Position numbers and translations under genes: made by a program | Source: Nymphaea colorata | Taxonomy: Eukaryota | Direction of reading: 5' to 3' | Length of the DNA: 64,000 nt | Assembly (NCBI RefSeq): GCF_008831285.2 | Contig: NC_045138.2 | Span: 30,690,001-30,754,000, forward strand | Shown: in pieces, positions 13,259 to 26,204 of the stretch | Position numbering within the stretch: the stretch's first letter is position 1 | How the letters are laid out: each line of letters starts with the position of its first letter | The notes under the pieces: model-generated | Seen by the model: only the letters and a program-made list of their open reading frames with translations | Database searches by the model: none | What the model was told of the DNA's origin: nothing

Positions 13259-13442
13259 GAGGAGCTCAGATTCGCCTTTTCTCAGGCATGAAGCCCAAGA
13301 CTCAAGAGGGCATCCATGGCGGCAGCGGTTGCCTGCTACATCCCGAGCGGCCGTCCTAAAACTGCACAGCCATGGACATCAGAAACCCCCAAAACAGCGC
13401 TATGCCTGGAATGTATTTCAAATGAAATCATCATAGCTCCCC
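13259..13442 (-). ncRNA. Long box C/D guide RNA (scaRNA-like, snoR102/scaR102-like) predicted to 2'-O-methylate the G of U5 snRNA loop 1
   Basis: Minus strand 5'-GGGGAGC-U-AUGAUGA (box C, 13434-13428) ... AAAAGGCGAA-U-CUGA (box D, 13269-13266)-GCUCCUC-3'. GGGGAGC/GCUCCUC form a 7-bp terminal stem. The guide (13280-13271) is the exact complement of UUCGCCUUUU in U5 loop 1, and the 5th nt before box D pairs with the G. Long internal hairpin; TATAAAA upstream at 13623-13617. Confidence 0.8.
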
Positions 13443-13616
13443 ACTGGTACACAAAGAAAAAAACGGAAAAAGCAGAAAAGCAGCAGGAGGAGAAGGAGAT
13501 CATCAGAGCCTCTTGTTTACTGGTGAAGTAATCACAGGCGTCTTAGAGGAGGGCTCCCACCATTGAGTTCTCCATCGCTCTTTCTTAAACCTGGTTTTTA
13601 CACAACGAAGGCGGCG

Positions 13617-13623
13617 TTTTATA
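13617..13623 (-). promoter_or_regulatory. TATA box upstream of the box C/D RNA
   Basis: TATAAAA on the minus strand in a locally GC-richer context, about 175 nt upstream of the C/D terminal stem. Confidence 0.45.
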
Positions 13624-14151
13624 CTCTCACTAGCCAGGGTACGCCACCCAAACACTGAACCGAAGTTCCAAAAACCAGATTCAACAAAATTTTATTTTTA
13701 CAAAATGCCGTTACCTTCATAGCTGCAGAACCATCACCGTGAGATTGTTTCTCATTTGCTTGTATGGAAGGCAACGGTCACAAACTCTACTAATGAAGTC
13801 CCAAATTGCCATTCAAAGAACCAATTTTGGGCTGGATGCTTGGTTTAATTGGATTAACTTTTTGTAATTGGTAATTCTATATCTCCTTCTTTCTTTGTAT
13901 TCGATACAATACATGTGAGTGTTCCCTCAACTTTTCAAATTTCAGTGTTTCTCAAACAGATTCATCAAACACTCACAAAATGGTTTTTTTTTTATCAGTT
14001 GACTCTTAATTATAATATAGTTAACATATAAGATGAGTGTCACGTTATTGAGCTTTTCCTTTTAGCCTTCAATAAGGTCAAACATTCCAAGCCTCATGCA
14101 ACATGATGCTTTGGAGAGATCAAATACGCCCTAAAGGTAGCATTTGTTTTA

Positions 14152-14154
<3 letters not shown>

Positions 14155-14203
<49 letters not shown>
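14155..14203. repeat. (AT)n microsatellite
   Basis: Pure AT run. Confidence 0.95.
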
Positions 14204-14204
<1 letters not shown>

Positions 14205-16341
14205 TAAAACTTACATTAAATAAGTCTATTCGAATTATGTTGACTAAATTTGTTAACCCATTCTACCTTTTGTTTATTTAGTTGTTATTTCACACACACA
14301 CATGTATGTATATATATATATATATATATCACTTTTACTTAAAATTGTAAGTAATTCAATGGAAGGCAAACTACACACAAAAAAATGATAGCAGGTTACA
14401 TCCTAAGTCCAATATACGTTAATACCCATAAATGACAAAAAATACCCCTAATAGTGAATTAGAAACCCCCTTTATATGAGGACAAAAATGTAACTTTAAA
14501 AATGTTTTTTGAAATGAAAAGTAAAAAAAAAGGTTTCCGTATTAGGCAGAGCCGCAGAAGACAAAACCCACCCCAAGAAAAAAAAAAAAGTCATATATTG
14601 AGCCATAACCTAACTTTGTTATTATGCAAATGCCCTTGCAATCGAAAAGTACCCCTTGTATAAGTAAATTGTTCATTTTTTATCAATATTATTTGTGAAT
14701 CACTAAAATATATAACAAATATATTTATAGTATATATATGAAATATATATGATGGAAAAAAATTGAAATGTGCGTTAAATATTTAAAATTAGTAGCTAAA
14801 TGCACCATAAACTATTATTTTAAAATACCAGAAATAATCATTTAAAACACTATAAACAGTCTTGTATCATCAACCATTACTACTGTTTTGGTTGGTTTTT
14901 TTAGTGATGGAAAGTTTTTTTTAGCCGGCTGTCGTCAAAGGATGTGTTCATGTGTGTGTCAAAGAACAGATACGTTTTCGGTGGCAATTTTTGTACCTTC
15001 ACTACCCTATCGGATCCATTTCGGCTCAATGGAGGTCCAACCCGTTGAAGCCCCAGAATGACTGTCCTCTTCTCTCTGCGTTTAGTTCTTCCTCTTTGTG
15101 GGGGTTCGTCCTTCTGGCCCTCCCCGGACGATCCTCGGCGGTTCTATACGATAAGGTGGTTCTCGAGTTTCTGGTCGTTCCGAAGAGCAACGTGCTTCTG
15201 ATCTTTGTCGATCATCAATCAGCCTTTCATCATCGGCGTTATCTGCGAGCAAAGGGTAAGAGTTTGGGTTGCCTCTCTTCTTTTCATTTCGCATTATTAT
15301 TCCTTGCTTTGTCTTCCGAGTTTGGATTATGTTCGGCATGATGTTTTTATTATGGCTGTTTGATGTTGAGAAAATGGTAGCGAGGAAGTGGTTGAAATTA
15401 TGTCGCTTGTTTAGGTTCTGTACTAGAGTAGCTGATTGAGAGAACAGAAACTGTGACATCCTTTATAAATTTACATGACGTATGCCTTTAAATTGTCATT
15501 TGATTCACACCCAGTTGCTTGTATTCCACGGGTGTTGTATTCATTGATGAATTCCTCCTCGACAGGTCTGACGGGATCGTTCATACATTTTTGGTTCTTA
15601 CTTTTTGTTCGAAATTCCTTCTTGTTTACCTGCTTCTGTTGGTCACTTCCTGAAATAACTGTGCTTCTGGTGAGATATTATGAGTTAACATGGTATTTTT
15701 TGGTTGTGAATTCTAAAACTGTTTTTAGGACCAACCGACCAACACAGAGTCAACATCGCAAGAGCAAGGCACCATTACCAATTATTTGCTTGGATGAGTA
15801 AACAGACCTAATGCTGGCTAATACAGTTGTTTCCTGCCAACAATTTTTTTTGGATATGGTTAAGTGATTTGCCGAGTGTCAAGATCCATTTTTCATGGAA
15901 ATCTAAGTCACAAGTATCTCTTTTTTTATGTATATATGTGTGTGTGTGTATGGGTTCAAAGATATGTATTCATCCATTACGCGTGGAAGAGAAAAGGGTA
16001 GTTCCAGTGACTTTCAGAGATGAGTCCACACCAAAAGAGTTATTCCTAAAAGAAGCTTAAATATGTTCATCAAATACCCTTGGATGAATTTAGGTAGTTA
16101 TCATCTTTAAATTAGGTTTTTGGAGTTCAAAAGTCCAATGCTTATTTGTAGTGATGTGGATGAACAAAAGAATGGTAGTATGTGTAATTTGATGTTTTAT
16201 TCTTCACAGAGATTTAAATATTTTCCATTTCCTCTTATTCGTGTTCTTTTATTTTATTCTCATTTTATCTGAACTGTTTTGTACGTTAATGTTCAGGTAG
16301 AAGGGGTTCCTGAGTTTCCTGTGTGGGAGGAAGAGGCAGAA

Positions 16342-19300
16342 ATGGAGAAGAAGAGGGTCACTGTTCCACTTGTCTGCCATGGACACTCTAGACCAGTTGT
16401 TGATTTGTTCTATAGTCCAGTCACTCCTGATGGATATTTCCTTATTAGTGCAAGCAAGGGTATGGTTGACTTTTTTGCTGCTTTTCTTGTTCCCTGTTCA
16501 ACTGTGTATTTTGTAGATGTTTAACTTCTTATTTTCATTGATCTTGTGTGCCATTTCATGGTTGCAAAGGAAAATTGTCAAAACGTATGTGAGCAGCACC
16601 TAACTGGGTGTCCAAGACTAATGGCGGTAAATTTCAGTTTTTTATGGTTATTGTGGTAATCACTGTCAAGGGCTTGTTTATGTTCTACAAGCAAATAGTT
16701 TCTTCTGCACAAATTTCTTTAGTTATAGTACTAGCCATTAGGATGGTAACAAACTGAGGGCTTCTGTCAAAGGACTACCTTAATATTGCATGCAGCTAAG
16801 AGGATAAGTTTGACCTTTTTCCTTTGAGATGTCTCAGTGTTCATAGGCCAAGCCTCTTCTGTTTTTATCTAGCTTATCTACTCAAGCTTGCCAGCAGTAT
16901 GAAGGGAGTTCAGTGCTTTCATGCATTTAACAAAAAAGTTAAAATTTGTCAGAGAGGCATGCAGAAGATTCTTCTAATTCATAGTTAAAGGGTTCACTTA
17001 AATTGACTGTTGTTTTGTTAGCCTGGATAGAATATTGCAGTTTCATTTGATGCAAAATTATATGTGGATTGGAGGGCTTAGTGCTGTTCGTCATGCCTAT
17101 GTTTATAAAGTATGTGTTTCTACATGATGAAGGTTATAGTCTCATAAGTCAATCATGACATGATACAGCATAAAAAATTTTGTATGACTAGACTTAGAAG
17201 AGGAAGACGGAAAGAAGAAAACGTATAAGGAAAAATAACCCATTACGTTTTTTAGCTTGTTGTGATCTATCTCAATAGAAGATATTGAGACATCGAAAAT
17301 GCTGAGCATCTAAGGGGTTGTTGTTTTTGAAGAGCATACCACTTCAGGCAGTTTTGAACGGTTGATAGTTCTCCAGGCGTCTTAATCTCTCAACTCTTGT
17401 CACTTATACATGCATAAAAGGGGCCTCATTGGTTTGATGTGCACTCAAGGAATTTTTTCAAATTACATGTGCATGTTTATATTTAACTTTCTGAGAAAGT
17501 GACATAACACTGTCTTCCTCTATCTTAGCCATAATCCAATTTTTTTTTTTAAATCCTGCACGCACAAAATTCTTGTTCTGTAATATAAGTGTCCGGCCAA
17601 AGGCGGTACTGGATTTGATCATACTGGATAGTCATTCTGGTGGAGCAGGAAGGAGGATATCCTCGATGGCACGGTTTCTCACATTTTCATCACAATAATC
17701 TTCATCTGTGGATAAAAAGTTTTAGCCCAAAAGCTTGCTTCAGGTCATAATTCATCCTTGAGTCATCCATGTTTAACTACACCGTTCATCTGTCTCAGGC
17801 CTCTGTTAGCTTGAATACTGACTCTCCCACTCCTGCAATGTTTGTTTCTTGGGACCCTTTTTTTCGGGGACCTTTTTGTATCTATTTCATTTTATCTGTT
17901 CTATTATGGACAAGAGGATAACTTAAAAAAAAAAGTTAATTGAGTGTTAATTAAACTGTATTAAGTTACTAACCACTTTGAATGTTTCTTCTGTAAATTT
18001 ATAATGCAGATTCTAGTCCCATGCTGAGAAATGGAGAAACAGGAGATTGGATTGGAACCTTTGAAGGTCACAAGGGGGCTGTATGGAGTTGTTGTCTTGA
18101 CACTAATGCTTTGCGTGCTGCATCAGGTTCAGCTGATTTTACGGCGTACGTTTTATTTCTTTAAACATGTTTGGTTTAGCATAGCAGCTAGCTGATATAT
18201 CTTGGATTTTCTTTTGATGACTGAATATAAAAAGATGCAAACATATGCCATGATCTATTGACTTCATTGTTCTTTTAGGTTGTACATATTCCAATTCTAT
18301 CTTTTTAAGCATATTTTCTTGGAAAGTTAACATATGTGAACTTCACAAGCTCCAGTGTTTAAGTCCTCATAGCTGTGTGTTGCCATTTTATGACATAACT
18401 TTCCGACTTTACTATTTTCAGTCCTAACGTAGTCCCTGGTTTGAAGAGCTGGTAAAATGAATTAATGAAAGCTTGATGTGGTTCCACATTGATGTGTAGT
18501 GTGTACATGTTACCAGCTCTTGTTGATGGTTATACCACTCATATGCAATTACATGCAAACACTCTTGTGCCAACACAGACAAATGTGTGTATTCACGCAA
18601 AACTTTTTTTTCACAAGGTTGGCCAGGAATGACATTTTAATTCTGAAACCTGTCATATTTTAAAAACAATTAGAAGATGTTCCACTGTTTCTTATATGCT
18701 AAAAAGACTAAATGTTATGTTACTACATTAAGGAAATTTGAATATGATAAAATCACTTGATCAACTTGATGCTAGGTCAAGCTTTTTAGTAGTAAAGCCA
18801 TTTTCTGTAACAACGCAGCCACAAAACTGGCCCAAGAACGACTAGTCAGTTCCAGTCAATTGACTAAGATAAAATTAATAAGGAGGAATATAGGCGTAAA
18901 ATATAAGCATACTTAGAGTTTATGTTTTCAGAGCACAAAAAAGTTGTATACATTATATAGAATTTCATGTATTAGAGAGAGAGAGAGAGAGAGAACATAC
19001 AAGATACAAGATATATAAAATGCAGAATAAATTCTTCAATTTCTTATATTCTGTATTTGTACATATTATATATACATAATATGTAGAAATATAGAATTTA
19101 CAAAGTTGAAGAATATACATATACATACAGACATAAAATACATGCATACATATAATTATACACACACATGCATACACATATATAACTTTATACAAACAAA
19201 AATTATATATGACATCTTAAAGGGCCTCTTTTTTCAGAAGGTACCATGCCAACAACTAGTTGACCAAGTCAACCGACTAGTCCTTCTAATCAGTGCAGCC

Positions 19301-22300
19301 AACTTGGCAGCAGGGAATAGCTGACTGGCACGTAGCCTGACTAGGCAGCCAGTCCAGATCGGCTAATTGCTAAGTTAACAACCTTATCAGTCAAAAGACT
19401 CAAAACTCAAAAGCTAGGGCAGTGGACCTTCCAAATGCCTAGATAGGCTTAGGCCAACAAAAACAGCAAATAAAAGAAAAAAAAATGAGGAAGAAACAGA
19501 AAAAGAAGAAGATGGAGAAGAATGAGATATAAAAGAGAAAAATCAGAAGAAAAAAGAACAAATATAGAAGGAAAAAAGAGAAAAATCCTTTTTTGTCTTG
19601 GGAGCTTAGGTGGCCAGCCTAGTCGAAAAGGTGGACGCCTAATGCCTAAACCTGTCTTCGTACACTTTTTGTTACTAAGTTGACATCTAAGGTAAAAAAA
19701 AAAAAGAGAGAGAAATATCTTGCCAAAAAATTCCAGGACCTTTAGTTGTACCTGCATTTCGTGCCTTTATTCCCATGGTTGAGAAATTTAGATTTTTGGA
19801 GCATAAAGAATTATATGTGTTATGCTAGTCATCATCGCTACTTTGGTGAAAATTGTTGAATTCATAGCTAGCTGCTACTATTTATCTTATAGGTTAATGG
19901 TTTTGTCCATCATGCAGTAAAATATGGAATGCACTCACTGGGGACGAATTGCACTCCTTTGATCATAAGCATATTGTTCGGGCTTGTGCCTTTTCAGAGG
20001 TAAAGACAGTTCTATGCTATAAGACTTGCATTTTCTTTCTTATTCATTTTTCAGAACATGCCCAAGTAAGATATAATTTTATATTCTTGTGCAAAGATTG
20101 TCGAGGATCAACGTTGGATTCTTGTGCATATGATTGTTGAGGATCAATGCTTATAATTTGGTTCATATCTTTTTGGCGTGGCTCACTTTTATTTGGACAT
20201 GTTTATCTTATCATGTTGACTGTGTGTGTGTGTGTGTGTACATGCGCACCTGTGAAATGGTTAAAAGGTGCATTGTGAACCCTAGGTAAAACTCATTTCT
20301 GGTGTTGTTTGCAAACTTGATAGATATGTTCTTCCTGTCTTAAACTGATGAAAAAGTCATTTTTTAAATTGTATAGGTTTTACACAAGGGATTTCAAAAT
20401 GGACAACGATCTGAATATTTTTAGCTTAAACAATTAAATCCAGATATAAGGAGAACATGATTTTTTTTTTTGTATCGTAAATTTTTGGACATGTCTATGT
20501 GATCAGGTTCGTAAAAGAACAGCAACATGATTTTCAGGCTTTCAACCAGAAAATAGGACTGCACATGACCTGAGTCGTCCTTGAGGTCGGTCAGCTTGAA
20601 CTTGCAACTCATGTACATCATAGCTTGAGCTCAGCTGTGCTAGGCTCGACAACTGAGAGGAATGAAGCTTGAGTTTGAACTCAATATCTCTGTGCCAGGA
20701 GAAAGAAAAACTCATAAATACAATTTCGAGCACATAACAAGAAAGAAAATTCAGAAAAAAGTTATAGACACATGACAAAATCAAGAAAAGAAAGAAATGT
20801 AGTGAGTCAGAACTAAAAGAAAAACTCACCCTAGAGAAAATAACCACAATGATTGAAATCTCAACTACATGTTAACCAGCAAAAACAACTGTTGTTCTCT
20901 CCTCTTCATTTTTCTCCCCCTCCATTTTTCTTCTTTGTAATTATCTCCCCTGCTCGCAGTATGGGTTGAGTAACTTATTCTACCACTAACACAATCTGGC
21001 TTAGAGGTCCTACCAAATTCCTCCATGGATGAAGCACTCCATCAGGTTGTACTTGGAGTCTTCTGCTCTAAAAATGGTTAAATGGGGTATCTCCCAGCTG
21101 AAAATGGATGTCTTTTTCTTGAGATGAGGAGGTCCAATATGAGGGAATGTAATGAGGAGAGATGGACGATTTTCTGAAAGAAACTGAAATGATGGCCCTG
21201 GAAGATGGTCCCATTCATGCTCCTGCACAATATTGTAAAAAAATTTGGAGATTGAACCAAATTGGCAAGGCTAGCAATTCGATGAATCAGCCAATTCAGC
21301 AGAACGTCAACTCAGCAATTCAGCTGAATTGGCAAAAATTATATTCGTTTAAAAGTGTGGAAATTAGAGATGCTTTAAAGCTATCTAAAAAACAATTAAC
21401 GATGAAAATATTGACTGATGAATCACATTTGTCACCAATTCAAGTCAATTTAGCACCTGCAGCCCGATTTTTAGAACAATTCTCCTTTTAATTCAACTCG
21501 TTCGGATGAGGGAAATAGTACCATGTTTAGCTAAGGCAAAGGGAAGACCGGGGCTTAGCAGAAGAAACTTGGCACAACTCTCAGTGCACTAGAGAGAGAA
21601 TGGGAATGAAGGCGAGTAAAAAGAGAAAACCAGGAAAAAGAGTTTTGGTAGTAGGCAGAGGGTGTTGTGCAAGGGCCAAGGTGTTGCACATAAGCCTAGG
21701 TGCAATAGTGGTGCTAGAGGCCAGAGTGCAAGGATTGAAAATGCTTATGAGGGCTTACACATGACAAATGAGCTTACTTGAGCTCATAGGAATCGAGATT
21801 ATACAACTTTTATTTGGCTTGTTTGTTTAGATAAGCTCAAACTTGTGCTCGGCCTAAGCTTATAAGAACCATCCCCCCCGAGCTGAGCTTGTGTTGCTTG
21901 GCTCCTTGCACAGTCCTAGCTAGAGCATTGTGCAGCCGGTACACAGAGCCATCTCTCTCTCTCTCTCTCTATCTATCTCTCGTTCCATATGACTCAAAAT
22001 GTGTATTGGAAAGGATCTCAATTCCCTTCTCAAAATGCACAAGCGCTAGCCTTAGTTACCAGTTTCCAAACAACCATCACCAAGGTTGTTTTACTAAGAT
22101 TCTGTTACATCATCAGCTCCTATTCCAATTACAGTCCCTGAACGGAGAGTGACAGCTCTTGTCCTGGTGAACATTTCAGGACAAAGTATTGGAATAAGTT
22201 TTTAAGTATTTTTTTTTTGTCTTGGTGACACAATATTCTATTTAAGTTACTGAATAGTCCAACTTGTTTGTGCATGGTTCCATTGTCACCTAGGATTTAA

Positions 22301-24426
22301 AATTGTTTCATGCTGACATAAAAATTGCTATGAAATGTATATTTAATAGTTAGAAACTTTTGAAAACTGTGCCTGTTGAATAATCTAATAAGAATTTGAT
22401 GCAACTTTTTATTGGAGCCTTATCTTTGTACTTCCATAGGTTAATTTTGTTTATAATTCTTTGCTGTTTGACATTTTATTTCATTATTTTCATGTGCTCT
22501 AGTAACTGCAAAGTTTAGGACTTCATTTGAAATGCCCATTCTTTCATAGAGATTACTAGTTTGAACTGTTAGATGTTGCTTTTATTTATACTTTTCAGTT
22601 ACAGGCTGCCTATCTAAACTGTTGTGAGTTGGGACAACTTCCATATTTCTGTGGTCTATAGACTGTTTATTATTTTCTCCAAGCACTTTCTGTTTTGTCA
22701 ACTTCTATAGTTGTTCAAATGTGCTGCAGGACACAAAACTTTTTCTTACTGGGGGCCTTGAGAAAGTGCTACGAATTTTTGATTTGAATCGACCTGATGC
22801 ACCACCAAGAGAAATGGCCCATTCACCTGGTTCAATCAGAACCGTATCATGGCTTCACAGTGACCAAACCATACTGAGTTCTTGCACCGATGTGGGTGGT
22901 GTGAGGTAAAGTAACTTTCGCAGAAGTAAATTTATATCCTTTATTGTAGGGTGCAGCTGATTGTAAATCATACTTCTGAGTTCATGAGTTGTCTTTTACA
23001 TGTATTGTCTTTCGAGCTACATTGTAACATGATTCTGCAAAAAGGGGGGGGGGGATGAGAATTTTGGCCCTGTATATCATTATTTCTGCTTCCTTTCTGT
23101 GTATGATTGATGTTTAGACTTTAAATTAGGATGACATGGTGATGTGTCAGCCAAGAGAAAGAAGAGAGTTATACCTGATTACAGACATAATATAGGAGCA
23201 GTCGATCATCAAACTCAATATAAGGTTCTGTGGAACAGGTTGTTGTTCTTTGTGCCCATTCCGGCCTTTGTCCCTTTAACTGATGGGAAAATTTTTTATA
23301 TCTTGGGTAGGGAGCTATTGCTATACTTCTGTTCTATTGGAATTATTGTGGGCAGTTCATTTCCTGTAAGGCAATTCATTTCCTATAAGATTGTTTGATT
23401 AGCTGATTTCACCTTGTCGATCCATCTGGAAATTGGGCACAAAATTATTTCTGAAAAGAAGATGACACTTATAAATTGTTTGTGTTCGTTAGTTGCAAAA
23501 CAGGTTGGTCATCTACAAATAAAATAATATGAAAAGTATTTAACGGCCCCATTCTTTTATTTTGTGTTTCTCTAATTTTTAATTGTGATTGTGGAGATCT
23601 CACCCTTCTTGTAAATCTAGATGTAAATCTATTTACTTGTCTAAAAACCTTTTTCCTGGTCACAATCTTGAATCTTTTGTTTCTCAGGTTGTGGGATGTG
23701 AGGAGTGCAAAGCTGATCCGTACATTAGAAACCCAGTCCCCAGTAACGAGTGCTGAAGTCAGTCGTGATGAGCGTTATATTGTTACTGCTGATGGTCGTA
23801 GTGTCAAATTCTGGGACGCAAATCAGTGAGTAATTTTTATGGATGAACTGAAGCTTTCTTTCAGCACCGTGAAAAATGTTTTGATGTTGATTCTTCCTCT
23901 GCAGTTTTGGCCTGGTGAAAAGTTATACAATGCCGAGCATGGTGGAGTCAGCATCACTTGAGCCAAAATTTGGCAACAAATTTGTTGCTGGAGGAGAGGA
24001 CATGTGGCTGCATCTTTTTGATTTCCACACTGGTGAACAAATAGGTGTGCTTGAGATAATCAATTCATGCTGCTTGGCATAATTCTGATTGAATTTGAGA
24101 TCCTGCCATTCTTGATTTAGCCTTTGCTTTCAGTTTCTGATGGGATTTTATGATGTGCAGCCTGCAATAAAGGGCATCATGGACCGGTGCACTGTGTGAG
24201 ATTTTCACCTGGTGGTGAGTCGTATGCTTCAGGATCTGAGGATGGGACCATCAGAATATGGCAGACTGGACCATCAGGTGCTGATGATAATGACTTGTAC
24301 CTAGCCAACGAGGCAAATGACAGGCTGAAGGTTGGTGTGTCAGAGGCTTCACAGAGGATTGAAGGGTTCCATATTTCTGGGGATGGGCAGGTAGACGGGA
24401 AGGTGGATGAGTTAAGCGGTCCATGA
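16342..24426 (+). CDS. STRAP/UNRIP-like WD40 protein, copy A (351 aa, 7 coding exons)
   Basis: Exons 16342-16459, 18010-18145, 19918-19999, 22730-22905, 23688-23825, 23905-24044, 24161-24426 (1056 nt, all GT-AG). Protein [22 protein letters not shown]...[23 protein letters not shown]...[11 protein letters not shown]...[30 protein letters not shown] has the typical STRAP signature. Probable 5' UTR intron 15256-16296. Confidence 0.93.
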
Positions 24427-26204
24427 AAAATCAACGCAGTTTTCTTGGCTAGCTCTTCTTTTTGCTCCTAAAATTGTAGATCTTCCACTGTTCATATTCA
24501 TGTGTTCCTTCATGAGGCAGCTAATTTGTTTGTCTTGAATGGGAGTTTGAAGAGGATCAGAATTTCTTTTACATCATCTACATATGTTTTTTAAGTGTAT
24601 CCTGTTTTCCCCCTCCAGTTTTCCCTCGCGCAAATATACATGTCCAACCCCAACCTCCCATGGGGTCTATTTTCTTTTATAAATTAGTTAAGCTACGCAT
24701 GCCTTTACCAGATTTCACCCAGGCAGCCTTTTTGCGGGCGGTTAGTGAGTGGCGGTTCTGCAAGAGTTCCTCCATGTAGGCAATTCTAAATCTAGCCAAT
24801 TGTTTCATGATCATTGAGATTGGGTCTATATGAACATTGAATGAGTTGAATCATCCGTTAGATGCTACCCGTGCGCATGCCCTGCTGAGATGTGTATCTC
24901 GGTGTCTGCCATGGATTCTTTTCCTCTTCTTTTTTTTTTTTTTCAAATCAACTTGGACTTGGACTTGGATCCAAATTCAATCATGTTGGAGTAATCAAAA
25001 TGTGGAACCGTGTATGGGACTTGAACTTGGATCATGGGTAACTCAAATCCCATGTGGAAGCAATCACGATGCGCAGAACCACGTATGGGGCTTTGAATTG
25101 GATCAACCTTGACTTTATGCAAATCCTAAGAGTTTTCCCGTGCTTCAGAAGGCAGGTTGGTAAAAACTCAATCCTCAATTCAATTCACAAGTGCTAGTTT
25201 TTTGGACTGCAAATGGTGGAAACAACTCTGGACCCAAAGGTAAGGGGAGGGGCTTCGAGGTTCGACCTCTTCGGAGCATATCCCCCCTTTCCAAAAAGTT
25301 TCTAGTGAGACTTTAAATATAACATTCGCAAGCTAGTCCCAAAGGATTTGGCTTAACTGGTCAGACTAGCTAATGGTAGAAAACCAGTCCCGTCAGTGCC
25401 AATCTCTTGCATGAGCCCTAGGGGGCAAAGGAATCTCGATCCTCACTGAAACCTAGCTCAAACAAGCTCACAAAACATCCAAACATATGAGAATTGTTAC
25501 TAAGCACAAAAAGGATACAAATCTTTAGGGGCCTAGGCTGTTACGAGAAACCCATACGTTCATATTCATGGTATCATCTGTAGGGTTCTGCCCAACTCCA
25601 TCTTACGTATCAAAAATTGGTCTAAACCCCTTCTTGCTCCTTGCCCAGCTCAGCTTGAAATCATGTTAGTTTGTGCATATTACGTAGAGAGCGCGGGGCA
25701 AATAATCGCACTTCAAATATGAGGTGCTTTAACAAACTGTTGTAATGCAAACACAGGGATGTCGATTTGACGATGTTAACGTGCAATGGTGCATCAACTA
25801 AGGTCCATCACTCAAGTCAATCTCCTTGTTTTCAGGCTTCTTTAGTCCCCATAAGAAAAAGCAGAAAAGAAAACAAGCCAGATAGAAAAGATAGGAGAAG
25901 GGGATCTCTCATCGATCAAAAGAATGTTACACAGACGGGCGACTTCCTACCAGACTTGCTATATGAACACCCAGCTGCTATAAGGAACCATATTATTTGA
26001 ACGAGATGTGGTGGGTGGGGGTGGAGGGAAAAGGTGGTGGAATGGGGGAAACATGAACAAAAAATGGTTTTTGAACACCCCATACAAGAGCAAACTAAAA
26101 TGTTTTAGCTGGCTCATACGTAGATAAGGATGAATATGAAGGACTAAAAAAAAATGATATGATCATGACAAAAAGATCAAACAGCAAAAAAGACCATCAT
26201 TGGT

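Noticed and set aside
13311..13378. Possible miRNA precursor (GGCAGCGGTT resembles part of a miR162 star arm)
   Set aside because: No matching mature miR162 arm, the stem is too interrupted, and it sits inside clear C/D boxes.
13105..13531. Plus-strand ORFs of 84 and 71 aa overlapping the C/D RNA
   Set aside because: No recognisable protein motifs, and one is built on a CT microsatellite. The region is better explained by the minus-strand C/D RNA.
18600..21900. Decayed MITE-like patches (ACTAGTC- and GAGCTC-rich) in STRAP-A introns 2-3
   Set aside because: Probably TE-derived, but I could not pair TIRs or find TSDs.
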